From Candidatus Iainarchaeum sp. (lineage in GTDB: Archaea > Iainarchaeota > Iainarchaeia > Iainarchaeales > GCA-2688035), in contig JAFCCL010000002.1 of assembly GCA_017610205.1 (NCBI GenBank), forward strand, positions 64,001-128,000: a DNA stretch of 64,000 bases. Reading direction: 5' to 3'. Below, in pieces: positions 19,735 to 28,445 of the stretch. Position 1 is the first letter of the stretch, and each line of letters starts with the position of its first letter. The notes beneath the pieces were generated by a model. The model ran no database searches and had not been told where the DNA came from. It saw nothing but the letters and a program-made list of their open reading frames with translations. The position numbers and the translations under genes were made by a program.

Positions 19735-20091
19735 TCACCTGCCTTTCAAAGCCTTCAAAGTGCCGCTTGTTTTCAAAGTTTTTGCACCAGAAATTCCATT
19801 CAGGGTTTTTTTTACTTTTTCAAGGGATGCAAGTTTGCACCTCATAATCCCCTGACCTGTTTCTGGAATGAATTCAATAAACCAGGTTCCAAGTTCTTTT
19901 CTTTCATCCTGTGGAAATTGTCCAATAATCAAATCAAAAGCTTGCTTTCCTGTTTTTGGAATGGGGGTAAGGGTGAATAAAATATAACGCCTTTTTGGCC
20001 TCTGGCTTTTCTTTGCAAGTTTCCTTCCCTGTACCTTTTTTGCCTTTTGCTTTATTGGAGCAACCACATAGTCCTTATTTTCTTCACTCAT
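19735..20091 (-). CDS. rnp2: ribonuclease P protein component 2 (Pop5/Rpp14)
   Basis: PKRRYILF, GIMRC, TLKTSGTLKAL; canonical neighbour of psmA. Confidence 0.88.
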   Translation of the reverse strand: MSEENKDYVVAPIKQKAKKVQGRKLAKKSQRPKRRYILFTLTPIPKTGKQAFDLIIGQFPQDERKELGTWFIEFIPETGQGIMRCKLASLEKVKKTLNGISGAKTLKTSGTLKALKGR

Positions 20092-21012
20092 TCAAAACAC
20101 CAGGTTCCCGGTTATTAAAAAGTATATTGAGGAAATGATTAAAAGAACGCCGAGAAACCTTACAGCATAAACCTTTAGAGGTTCGTTTTCAGCTATGAGG
20201 GTGCTTTTGATTCTTGAAATTATGAAGGCAAGCGCGAAAACAAAGGCAGCCTGGCTTAAGACAAGGGCACTTGGAATTGTGTAAGAAAATTCATACGCTG
20301 AAAAAAGAAGCATCATTCCAGTAAAACCAATAAGCGATGCTGTAAAAGCAAAGGGAATTGTCCTGCGAAACTTTTGGACAAAATCTTTTTTTGCAGTACC
20401 GTTGAATAAGAAAATTGCAAAAATTGCAATTACCGGAAGCGTGAGAATATAACGCCAGGCCATAAAAGATGACGCAGCAATTTCTGCAACAATTACTTTT
20501 ACAGGAACATCTGCCAAAGCCCAGCTCAGGCTCATAAATATGGCAAGCAGCAAAAGCCTGTTGTTCAGCAAAAGTTTCTTGAGCGAAAGCTGTTTTGAAT
20601 AAGTTGTCAAAACCGCGCCTGCAAAAATCAAAGCCATTAAGCCAAATTCCTTCAGGCCATAAAATTCGCTGAGAAAAATAAATGCAAGCGGGATTGCAAA
20701 CAAAAGCTTTGTTTGAGCAAGTGGTCCAACGCTTGAAAGGTTATAGTTTTTTACAAGAAAAAAATAGATGAAAAACCCGATGTTTGCTGCAATTGCAGTA
20801 AACAGAATGAGAAACATTGTGAAAAAAGTTGGAAACTGCAGTCCAAAAATCAGAATGGAAATTGTTGGAAAAAGAGCCATTGCAAGAAATGACTGCATGA
20901 AAAAAAAGGAAGTTGAATTTTGCATTTTGTTTTCCAAAATGAATTTGTCAAAAATGGAACCAACTGCAAAAAGCAATCCTGCTGCAAGAGAAAACAAAAA
21001 AACAGGATGCAT
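20092..21012 (-). CDS. EamA/DMT family transporter
   Basis: About 10 TM helices in two repeats; LAFIFLSE motif. Confidence 0.85.
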   Translation of the reverse strand: MHPVFLFSLAAGLLFAVGSIFDKFILENKMQNSTSFFFMQSFLAMALFPTISILIFGLQFPTFFTMFLILFTAIAANIGFFIYFFLVKNYNLSSVGPLAQTKLLFAIPLAFIFLSEFYGLKEFGLMALIFAGAVLTTYSKQLSLKKLLLNNRLLLLAIFMSLSWALADVPVKVIVAEIAASSFMAWRYILTLPVIAIFAIFLFNGTAKKDFVQKFRRTIPFAFTASLIGFTGMMLLFSAYEFSYTIPSALVLSQAAFVFALAFIISRIKSTLIAENEPLKVYAVRFLGVLLIISSIYFLITGNLVF

Positions 21013-21554
21013 TAAAGTCCCTCCAAAGAAGGAGTTATGTCAAGATTGGAAAAAATTTCTTTTTCAAGCTGTTCAACCCTTGGCTTGCATTTTGCAATTT
21101 TGTCAAAGACAGTTTTTTCTTCACCATAGGTTTTAAGAAGATAATTAAAACGCTCTTGCAGTGAAACTATTTTGTCGTGTTTAACGCGCTTGTCGGCATA
21201 GTAAACAAGCTTTTCCTCCCAGGAAGAAAAAGAGTTTTTTTCAAGAACACGAAACAGTCTATGCTTTAAGGCAATCTCCCCAAGCCTTGGAAAACCCTCT
21301 GCTTCAAGTATTTTTTTGCTTAAGTGACCATGCATGTGAACAGTTTCACTGTCCAAAGTTTGAGGTTTGTCAATGTCATGCAATATTGCGCCTCTGCTTA
21401 CAAGTTCTGTGTCAACTTTAATTCCTTTGGCATTGAATTTTTTTGCAAGAAATACAGCAATTTTTTCAACTGTCAGTGAATGTCTGATAATGTGTTCAGG
21501 TAATTTGTGTTTGCAAAGAAGTGCAATGCATTCTTCCCTTGAAGGCAAAGGCAT
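21012..21554 (-). CDS. HD domain (HDIG-type) protein
   Basis: IRHS, AILHDIDK, HG, EEKLVYYADKRV. Confidence 0.9.
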   Translation of the reverse strand: MPLPSREECIALLCKHKLPEHIIRHSLTVEKIAVFLAKKFNAKGIKVDTELVSRGAILHDIDKPQTLDSETVHMHGHLSKKILEAEGFPRLGEIALKHRLFRVLEKNSFSSWEEKLVYYADKRVKHDKIVSLQERFNYLLKTYGEEKTVFDKIAKCKPRVEQLEKEIFSNLDITPSLEGL

Positions 21555-21601
21555 ATTAAATCAAAAAAATTAGGCTGAAAACAATTAAAATAAGCGATTG
21601 T

Positions 21602-22207
21602 TTACTTTGCCTGCCTTTTCTTTGCTCTAAGAGAAGGCCTTACTTTTTCTGTTCCAAAACCCTTGTTTTTCAAACCACGAGATTTCTTTCCCTTGCTTGT
21701 AAGTCCTCTAAAAGCCCTTCCTTTCTGGTTTTTGCCACAAATCCAATTAATGTCTTTATCTGAAACAATTTCAGGAGCATTTACGTCAACAAGAATTACC
21801 TCGTAATAGTGCATTTTTCCGTCGTCGCCAATATAATAAGAGTTAAGAATTTCACAATTTTTGAATTTTCTGCCAGCCCTTTGCTCCGCCATTGCCTGAA
21901 TATTAAGCCTTCTTGTAAGCTTTTTGATTCCCATTCTCTTTGGCCTTCTTCCCATAGTAGGCCTTTTGTGCAAACCGCTTCCTTTTCTGATTCTAACACG
22001 AACAACAACAAAGCCCTTTTTTGCCTTGTAACCCAAAGTTCTTGCTCTTGCAATATTTGTTGGCTTTTCAAGGCGGACAACTGCAAGCTTTTCTTTCCTG
22101 AATTCAATTAAGCGATCTCTTTGAAGAGCCTTATAATTAAACAAATCGTCCTTTTCGCCCTTGAATTCCTTTTGGAACGTTTCCTGAATATGCTTTGCTG
22201 CACCCAT
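21602..22207 (-). CDS. rpl15e: 50S ribosomal protein L15e
   Basis: ARTLGYKAKKG, AEQRAGRK, LNSY, RAFRGLTS. Confidence 0.97.
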   Translation of the reverse strand: MGAAKHIQETFQKEFKGEKDDLFNYKALQRDRLIEFRKEKLAVVRLEKPTNIARARTLGYKAKKGFVVVRVRIRKGSGLHKRPTMGRRPKRMGIKKLTRRLNIQAMAEQRAGRKFKNCEILNSYYIGDDGKMHYYEVILVDVNAPEIVSDKDINWICGKNQKGRAFRGLTSKGKKSRGLKNKGFGTEKVRPSLRAKKRQAK

Positions 22208-22302
22208 AAAAACTCACTTCAAAATTGCCTAAAAAAGAAGCATTTAAAGATTGATTTTCAATAAGAATTACTTGATTGCAAGCTTTTTTAAAGGTAAACG
22301 TC

Positions 22303-23268
22303 ATGGCAAACAAATGTATACAATGTGAAAAAAAAGCAACAATTTCTTTAGCCTATGGTCCGCACAAATTCTGCAACAAGCACTTTTTGCACTTTTTTGA
22401 AAAAAGAGTTAGAAGAACAATCAGAGAAAACAAACTAATTAAAGGCAGGGAAAAAATAGTTGTTGCATACAGCGGAGGAAAAGACAGTGCAGTAACCCTT
22501 TTTTTATTAAACAAGATTTTTAGAAAAAGCAATCCAATTGAAGCCCTGCTTGTAGACGAAGGAATTCCAAAATACAGGGACAAAGCACTTGCAATTGCAG
22601 AAAAAAACTGCAAAAAATGGAATGTGCCATTTAAGCGATTTTCATTCAAAGAAGAGTTTGGCTTTACAATGGTTGACGTCATGCGAAAAACAGGAGCAAA
22701 AAAAGTTATTGGAAGCACCTGCGCCTACTGTGGGGTTTTAAGAAGGCAGATTATGAATAGGAAAGCAAGAGAAATGAATGCATGCAAGCTTGCCACAGGC
22801 CACAATTTGGATGATGAAACACAAAGCGTTTTGATGAATGTAATGGACGCAGACCTTGAAAGGCTTTTAAGAATTGGGCCATTGAGCACTGGAGCAAAAA
22901 ATATGGTTCCAAGAATAAAGCCATTGTACTATTGCCCTGAAAGGGAAATAATTGCCTTTGCAAAAATTGCAGGAATAAAATATTTTGAGCAAAAATGCTG
23001 TCCGTTCAAATGGCAGGCTAAGAGAAATGACTTCAGGCAAATGGTTGAGGAATTTGAAGCAAAGTATCCCGGAACAATGTTTAGCACAGTAAAGTTTTTG
23101 AAGGAAGTAAAGGAAAGAACAGGAAAGAAAGCAGGAAAAGCCAGGAAAACAACAGGAAAGAATGAAGGGAGCAGCAAGATTGAAACATGCTCAAAATGCG
23201 GAGAACCCTGCAGCGGAAAGGTTTGCAAAGCATGCAAAATGGCTGAAAGACTCGAGGGGAAAGGTTAA
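22303..23268 (+). CDS. tRNA 2-thiolation protein TtuA/NcsA family (TIGR00269)
   Basis: N- and C-terminal zinc fingers, PP-loop SGGKDS, CAYCGVLRR, GHNLDD. Confidence 0.92.
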   Translation: MANKCIQCEKKATISLAYGPHKFCNKHFLHFFEKRVRRTIRENKLIKGREKIVVAYSGGKDSAVTLFLLNKIFRKSNPIEALLVDEGIPKYRDKALAIAEKNCKKWNVPFKRFSFKEEFGFTMVDVMRKTGAKKVIGSTCAYCGVLRRQIMNRKAREMNACKLATGHNLDDETQSVLMNVMDADLERLLRIGPLSTGAKNMVPRIKPLYYCPEREIIAFAKIAGIKYFEQKCCPFKWQAKRNDFRQMVEEFEAKYPGTMFSTVKFLKEVKERTGKKAGKARKTTGKNEGSSKIETCSKCGEPCSGKVCKACKMAERLEGKG

Positions 23269-23286
23269 TTAAAATAAGAAAAATTA

Positions 23287-23394
23287 TGGGCCCGGTGAGA
23301 ATCGAACTCACGGTCTCTGCCATGTCAAGGCAGCGTCATTAATGGGTTTCCTTCGCATAAAGCGAACAGAAACTAACCACTAGACCACGGGCCC
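23287..23394 (-). tRNA. tRNA-Val(GAC) with 35-nt intron in the D-loop; CCA not encoded
   Basis: Acceptor GGGCCCG/CGGGCCC; anticodon arm CTGCC-TTGACAT-GGCAG; T-loop TTCGATT; intron 23340-23374 framed by a bulge-helix-bulge. Confidence 0.93.
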
Positions 23395-23451
23395 GTGTAA
23401 GGAAGTTTAATCCCGTCATATTTTTTAAAGTATTGGAATAGAACAGCCCAC

Positions 23452-25083
23452 TTATTTTTTTTTCCTGTTCTTTTTGCCCATTTTTTCAATGTTTGAACCT
23501 ATTGCTTTTGCAAAGTTTTTTTCAAAGGTGTCAAGCTCTGAAATTTTTTTGTCGATTTTTTCTGTTCTTAGGGCAAATTGTCTTTCAATTACCTGGCTTT
23601 GGTGATTCAGGTTTTTTATCCCTTGGTTGAACTTTTCAGCATTCTGCTGTATGGCTTCAACAAACTGTGCTTTGAATTCGTTTAGCTCCTGCATTTGCCT
23701 TTTAAATTCAGCTGGTTTAAAGTCAATTGTAATCTGATTGTGCAGTTCTTCCATTGCTTTAAGTTTTTTCTCAAGTTTTTTATCCAAAGAAAACCTTTCA
23801 AATTTTGCCTGGTGTTCAACTGCTTCAATGCTTTCCCTTTGCTCTTTTTCAAACCGGTCTCTTATTTCACGCAAATCTTTTGAACGCCTCTTGCTTTCGG
23901 CAATAAAATCAATTGATTTCTCTTCAAGCATTTTTGCAACACTGTTGTTAGCTTCTTTTACAAGACCTTCAACAATCTGATTTTCAAGCTGCAGGGTCTT
24001 GTTTATTCTTGAATCCATTTCAATAAGCTTTTTGTTCATTTCTTCAACAAGTTGCTTGCTCTCAGTTCTGCTTTTTATAAGCTCTGTGTTTAGTGATGCA
24101 ACAATACTCTCTTTTATTTTATTTATTTCTTCAAGCATTCTGGAAAGGCTTTGTGCTTCTTTTTTTGACCTTTCTTCCGCTTCTTTCAGGGAAGTTATTT
24201 GAGATTCAATATGTTTGTTTATGCCCCTCATTTCATTAAGCTTTAATTCAATCATGCCTGCAAAACTTTTTGCTTTGGCTTCAAGCTCTGCATCAACCTT
24301 GCTTACCAACAAAACACGTTGGCTGTCAAACAAAACCTTTATTTTAGCCATTTCCGTTTTGTTTGCCTTAGCAACCTTTTTGTCAAGCACATCATCAAGC
24401 TCATTTTTGATTTTGTTCATTTCAGCAAGCTTTTGGCTTACAGTTGCCATAATGCCTTTTTCCCAAAGCTTGCTTATTGCAATGTCTTCAACAAGATGCT
24501 GTTTTTTTTCTTCCGAAGCAAGAGGTTGTGTTTTTATGCCTGTAAATGATTTTTCCTCAAATGGCTTTGAAACAGGTGCTTCTGGAAAAAATTTTGCAGG
24601 TTTAGTTACAGGTTCAAACATACGGTGTTCGCCTGTCATAGCCGCTGCCTTTTCTTCAAGAAATTTTAAGGGCTCTTCTTCTGATTCATTGGTATGGTCT
24701 TTTTTTCCAATTTCTTCAAGGCTAAGCCCTTCAAAAATTTCCTTTTCTTTTACAGGTTCCTTTTTTTCCGGTTCAACCGCTTCTGCTGCAAGCTCTTCTG
24801 TTGCCTTTTCCCTTTCCTCTTCAACCTCTTTTGCCTTTTCCTCTTTTTCTTTCACGGTCTTGGCTGACTTTTTCTTAAAATGGCTGAGAAAAGGAACTTC
24901 TTTTGCCACAGCCTTTTTCGAAGGCTCTGCCTGTTCAGGTTGTTTGGCTTCTGCAATGAGCTTTTTGGCATTCTCTTGGTCAATGCCAACTTCTTTCAAA
25001 TTTAACACGATTTCCTTGTTTGAAACATTCAATGCGATAAGTTCTTTAATGCTTTTTAACAAAAGCTGTTTTTTGGAAACCAT
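23452..25083 (-). CDS. long coiled-coil protein
   Basis: Small N-terminal helical domain, E/K/P-rich linker, about 300 aa of heptad-like sequence. Confidence 0.8.
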   Translation of the reverse strand: MVSKKQLLLKSIKELIALNVSNKEIVLNLKEVGIDQENAKKLIAEAKQPEQAEPSKKAVAKEVPFLSHFKKKSAKTVKEKEEKAKEVEEEREKATEELAAEAVEPEKKEPVKEKEIFEGLSLEEIGKKDHTNESEEEPLKFLEEKAAAMTGEHRMFEPVTKPAKFFPEAPVSKPFEEKSFTGIKTQPLASEEKKQHLVEDIAISKLWEKGIMATVSQKLAEMNKIKNELDDVLDKKVAKANKTEMAKIKVLFDSQRVLLVSKVDAELEAKAKSFAGMIELKLNEMRGINKHIESQITSLKEAEERSKKEAQSLSRMLEEINKIKESIVASLNTELIKSRTESKQLVEEMNKKLIEMDSRINKTLQLENQIVEGLVKEANNSVAKMLEEKSIDFIAESKRRSKDLREIRDRFEKEQRESIEAVEHQAKFERFSLDKKLEKKLKAMEELHNQITIDFKPAEFKRQMQELNEFKAQFVEAIQQNAEKFNQGIKNLNHQSQVIERQFALRTEKIDKKISELDTFEKNFAKAIGSNIEKMGKKNRKKK

Positions 25084-25168
25084 TCCAAATAGAATACGCC
25101 AACGGACTAAAAAAGGTTTTCCCCAAGCAAAAATGTTCTACTTTTCAATTGAAAAAAAGTAAGAAGGT

Positions 25169-25240
25169 TGAACCCTGCGGAAATTGAACCCGCGGTCTCC
25201 CAATTGCCAACCGAGCGTCATACCACTAGATTAAGAGCCC
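25169..25240 (-). pseudogene. degenerate copy of tRNA-Ala(GGC)
   Basis: 72 nt with 5 transition differences from 25587-25658; several G-C pairs become G-U and one D-stem pair is broken. Confidence 0.75.
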
Positions 25241-25396
25241 TTAAGTAAAAAAATAGTTTTGAGAAAGAGTTAAAAATGCGAACGAACTGAGTTCGTGTCA
25301 TCGAGCCCAAGTGAAATGTGTCATTGAGTCCAAACGAAGATGGCACTCTGACCAGCCGGCAGTGGCGGCTCCCACACCAGCCAAGCGTGACGGCTT

Positions 25397-25607
25397 TGGA
25401 CCCTGCGGAAATTGAACAGCCTTTTAGAAAAAGGCTGGCTAAAATCACAACTACCACAAGGAACCCATTTCGCTTGGGCTCAATGGGTCAGTGGACCCTG
25501 CGGGAATTGAACAGCCTTTTAGAAAAAGGCTGGCTAAAATCACAACTACCACAAGGAACCCATTTCGCTTGGGCTCAATGGGTCAGTGGACCCTGCGGGA
25601 ATTGAAC
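25397..25607. repeat. 95-bp tandem repeat containing the tRNA-Ala 3' end
   Basis: Units start at 25397 and 25492 (1 mismatch); the 21-bp tggaccctgcgg(g/a)aattgaac recurs at 25587 as the tRNA 3' end. Confidence 0.95.
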
Positions 25608-25658
25608 CCGCGGTCTCCCGATTGCCAACCGAGCGTCATACCACTAGACTAAGGGCCC
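25587..25658 (-). tRNA. tRNA-Ala(GGC)
   Basis: GGGCCCT/AGGGTCC acceptor with G3:U70; anticodon loop TTGGCAA; T-loop TTCAATT. Confidence 0.93.
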
Positions 25659-25727
25659 GTTTAGAATAAGTGGGTTTGGAAAATGTTTAAAAAAGCGCGG
25701 TAGCTTCAAAGTATGATTAAAGCAACT

Positions 25728-25946
25728 TTAAGCGCTTATGAGGACTACGCTGTCGCCTCTAACCATTAGTTTTCCGTATTTGGTTTTTGGTTCGCCGTTT
25801 TCAAGCTGTGTTGCGTTGTCCAAGACAAGATTTAGGTGAACGTCAAATGCCTTTAGTGTTCCGCTTATTTGTATATTTCCTTTGAGCAAAATAAGTATTT
25901 CTTTTCCAAGCGCTTCGTTGAGCATGTCAAATGGTCTGTTTGCCAT
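25728..25946 (-). CDS. Sm-like archaeal protein (SmAP/Lsm)
   Basis: RPFDML, GTLKAFDVHLNLVL, VRGDSV. Confidence 0.95.
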   Translation of the reverse strand: MANRPFDMLNEALGKEILILLKGNIQISGTLKAFDVHLNLVLDNATQLENGEPKTKYGKLMVRGDSVVLISA

Positions 25947-25974
25947 AATTGTTTTTCCCCCTTGTCTTTTGCAA

Positions 25975-26766
25975 TTATTTTTTTCTTTTGAATTTTGCTA
26001 GCAACCTGCTTAAAAACCCTTGCTTCTTTGGACCTGCAAGGAACTCCTTTGTTTTTACTCCTGCAACCTTTGCTGCAATTTTTCTTATTTCAATGGCGGC
26101 AGGCGTTGTTGGTTTTCTTATTATTACAGGCTGTACGTTTTGCTGCATAAAGCTTCTTCTTACCTCAATGTCAAATGGAATTGTGCCATATACAGGCAAT
26201 TCAAGCATTTTCATTATGTCCTCGTTTTTTATTTCTCCTTTTTCACCCATGCTAAAATTTACAACTATTGCAGACGGATTTGAACCAAGCCTTTGTGCAA
26301 CAATTTTTGTTTTGAGAACGTCAGCAATGCTTGGAGAAGTAGGCATTGTTATGAGCAAAATTTCGTCTGCTGATGCAAGTGCAGACATAACATTTTTTTC
26401 AATTCCAGGAGGGGCATCCAGTAAAATAAAATCGTATTTTGGCGCAACCTGTCTTACAACAGATTCAAGTCGTTCTGTGTCAACCCTTTTGTAGGATTCA
26501 AGGCTTAAGCCACTTGGAATAACATTTATTCCGGCAGGACCTTCGTAGACTGCGTCTTCGATTTCGCTTTCGCCTATAAGAACATCGTGTAATGTTATTG
26601 GCGAGGACTGCATTCCAAGCAATAGGGAAAGATTTGCCATTGCAATGTCTGCGTCAATTAAGAGAACCTTGAGGTTTTTTTGCGCAAGTGCAATTCCAAG
26701 GTTGGCTGTTAGTGTTGTTTTTCCAACCCCTCCTTTGCCTGAAGCAATTGTTATTATTTTTCCCAA
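25975..26766 (-). CDS. minD: MinD/ParA family ATPase
   Basis: SGKGGVGKTT, DADIAMANL, LDAPPG, C-terminal amphipathic GFLSRLLAKF. Confidence 0.92.
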   Translation of the reverse strand: MGKIITIASGKGGVGKTTLTANLGIALAQKNLKVLLIDADIAMANLSLLLGMQSSPITLHDVLIGESEIEDAVYEGPAGINVIPSGLSLESYKRVDTERLESVVRQVAPKYDFILLDAPPGIEKNVMSALASADEILLITMPTSPSIADVLKTKIVAQRLGSNPSAIVVNFSMGEKGEIKNEDIMKMLELPVYGTIPFDIEVRRSFMQQNVQPVIIRKPTTPAAIEIRKIAAKVAGVKTKEFLAGPKKQGFLSRLLAKFKRKK

Positions 26767-26819
26767 ATTAAACGCCTTTGTGTTATTATAATATATTCTT
26801 TGTTAAAAAATGTTGCTTT

Positions 26820-27281
26820 TCAAGAAATGTGCCTTTTTTTCAGTTCAAACTCTATTTCGCGTGCTATGGCCTTAAGTTCCACTGTTGAAAGGCAACTGTT
26901 TGCTTTTACAATATAAATGCTTTTCCCAAACGGCATTAGCATTACCCAATCCTTTTCTGTGCGCATTGTAACAAGGTCAGCGGTTGCAAAATTTTTGGTT
27001 GCAAAATTCATAAGATTTGAGGCATTTTTGCTTTCAGCCTGTCCATTTCCACTGCTGCTAAATACAACGTCATTTTTAAGACGCGTTACAGTAATGCTGT
27101 TTACAAGGTGTTTTCGTTTTAAGCATGATAAAAGCTCTTTGGGTTCGGTTCCCCTTATTTGAACGCTTTCGTTTGCCAGTACATCCTGAATCAGTGCAAA
27201 CTGTTGCTCTGGCAAAGCAGTATGGTCAAAGTCAAGAACTTTTGCGGCAAATTTAGTAAAAAAATAACTCAAACTAGACAT
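26820..27281 (-). CDS. hypothetical protein (possible roadblock/longin-like fold)
   Basis: ORF fills the gap between co-oriented genes; alpha-beta-beta-alpha-beta-beta-beta-alpha pattern by eye. Confidence 0.65.
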   Translation of the reverse strand: MSSLSYFFTKFAAKVLDFDHTALPEQQFALIQDVLANESVQIRGTEPKELLSCLKRKHLVNSITVTRLKNDVVFSSSGNGQAESKNASNLMNFATKNFATADLVTMRTEKDWVMLMPFGKSIYIVKANSCLSTVELKAIAREIEFELKKRHIS

Positions 27282-27357
27282 ATTTTTACAGTTCCTAATA
27301 GATTGACACCAGCGAAATCAATTAAAAAGTTTATATTGAAATAAAACCATTTAAAAA

Positions 27358-27397
27358 CAATCAATTACCCCTCTTTTCAATCAATTACTCCTCTTTT
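27358..27397. repeat. 20-bp tandem duplication
   Basis: caatcaattacccctctttt / caatcaattactcctctttt. Confidence 0.8.
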
Positions 27398-27413
27398 TTT
27401 AGAAATTTACAGT

Positions 27414-27902
27414 TTAAATTGAACCAAGACCCAATTTTTTCAGAAGATTGTGCCTTGAAGCACTTGACTCAAGCTCCAATTCAAGAATTTTTGAAACAAG
27501 ATTTTCTTGATAGGAAGTGGGTTCAAGCTTTGAAAGCAACTGTTTTTCAACAGGCTTTGAAAGTGTAATGCAGTCATTAAAAGCAATTATTAAATCAATC
27601 TGCTGCTTGCTAAGACTGTTTAAATCAAACAATCCTTTCTTTGCCTTAAGCAAATTGAACATAAGGCGCAAAGCAAGCAAACCATAAACCTGTTTGTTTA
27701 ACCTGAGTGAATCAAAAACTGCACCAACTATGTTCTTTTCCTTAATCAAAAGCAACCCTTCCTCCAAACCGGAAATTCCCTCAATTGTAGCAACAAAATA
27801 TCCATTAAAATCGGATTCAAGAATCTTTTCAAGCCTCTTAAAAGGCACGATTTCAGAAAAAGACTTATGTTGTTCTACAACTGTTCCAACAGGTATGTTC
27901 AT
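27414..27902 (-). CDS. DUF2226 family protein
   Basis: MNIPVG, FNGY..TIEG.SGLEEG, terminal SRHNLLKKLGL. Confidence 0.75.
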   Translation of the reverse strand: MNIPVGTVVEQHKSFSEIVPFKRLEKILESDFNGYFVATIEGISGLEEGLLLIKEKNIVGAVFDSLRLNKQVYGLLALRLMFNLLKAKKGLFDLNSLSKQQIDLIIAFNDCITLSKPVEKQLLSKLEPTSYQENLVSKILELELESSASRHNLLKKLGLGSI

Positions 27903-28367
27903 TCATCCACCCAGCACTATTACTACATCGGCAGTGTTTTTTAATGCTGCTGCCGAAGACTCTTCAGCCAAAACAACAATTGTTTGCTTGCCATAGCGCT
28001 TTGCCTTTATTATCGCAGGCAAAAAATCACTATCCCTTGTAACAAAAGCAATTGAATGAATTGCCTTGTTAAAAACAGCTTCGGTTGCATCGCTTGCCAT
28101 TGCAACATCAACATCTCCAACAGTTAACAAGGTTTCAAAACCCTGATTTACAACAGCTTCAACAAGTTTGTTGGAAGCAAACTGATTCAAAAAAACGCGG
28201 GCAATTTTTAAATTTCCGTGCTTTTCCAAAACCTGCTTTATGGTTTCCAAATCAATTCCAAGTTCCTTGCGCAAAATGTTTGGGCCGTCAACAAAAACAG
28301 CAATGTTTCGCCCCTTCTCTTTCTTAATTACCTTGCCAATCTTTTTCTTTACGTCGTCAAGCACCAA
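27903..28367 (-). CDS. NYN domain protein (TIGR00288-like)
   Basis: FVDGPNILR, DVDV, TRDSDFLP. Confidence 0.92.
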   Translation of the reverse strand: MVLDDVKKKIGKVIKKEKGRNIAVFVDGPNILRKELGIDLETIKQVLEKHGNLKIARVFLNQFASNKLVEAVVNQGFETLLTVGDVDVAMASDATEAVFNKAIHSIAFVTRDSDFLPAIIKAKRYGKQTIVVLAEESSAAALKNTADVVIVLGG

Positions 28368-28445
28368 GGGAAAACACCAATATTATATATAATAAAGTAA
28401 TGACAATAATAAGAAAAAGGTATTTACAGCAGAATTTGTGGTTAA

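Noticed and set aside
23340-23374. Similarity of the tRNA-Val intron (AAGGAAACCCATT, TTCGCTT) to the 95-bp repeat
   Set aside because: Matches are short, in different order and orientation, and partly forced by BHB pairing
24215-25162. Long antisense ORFs (e.g. 24215-25162, 43129-43908, 61684-62124)
   Set aside because: S/F/L-rich shadows of K/E-rich genes on the other strand
25218-25605. ORFs 25318-25605 (+) and 25218-25457 (-)
   Set aside because: They run through tRNA-derived repeats; the repeated peptide only reflects the DNA repeat
25397-25607. CRISPR array
   Set aside because: The sequences between the 21-bp repeats are identical, the repeat is a tRNA 3' end, and no cas genes are present
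25587-25658. tRNA-Gly(GCC), suggested by 'gcc' on the + strand
   Set aside because: The gene is on the minus strand; the anticodon is GGC and the G3:U70 pair marks Ala
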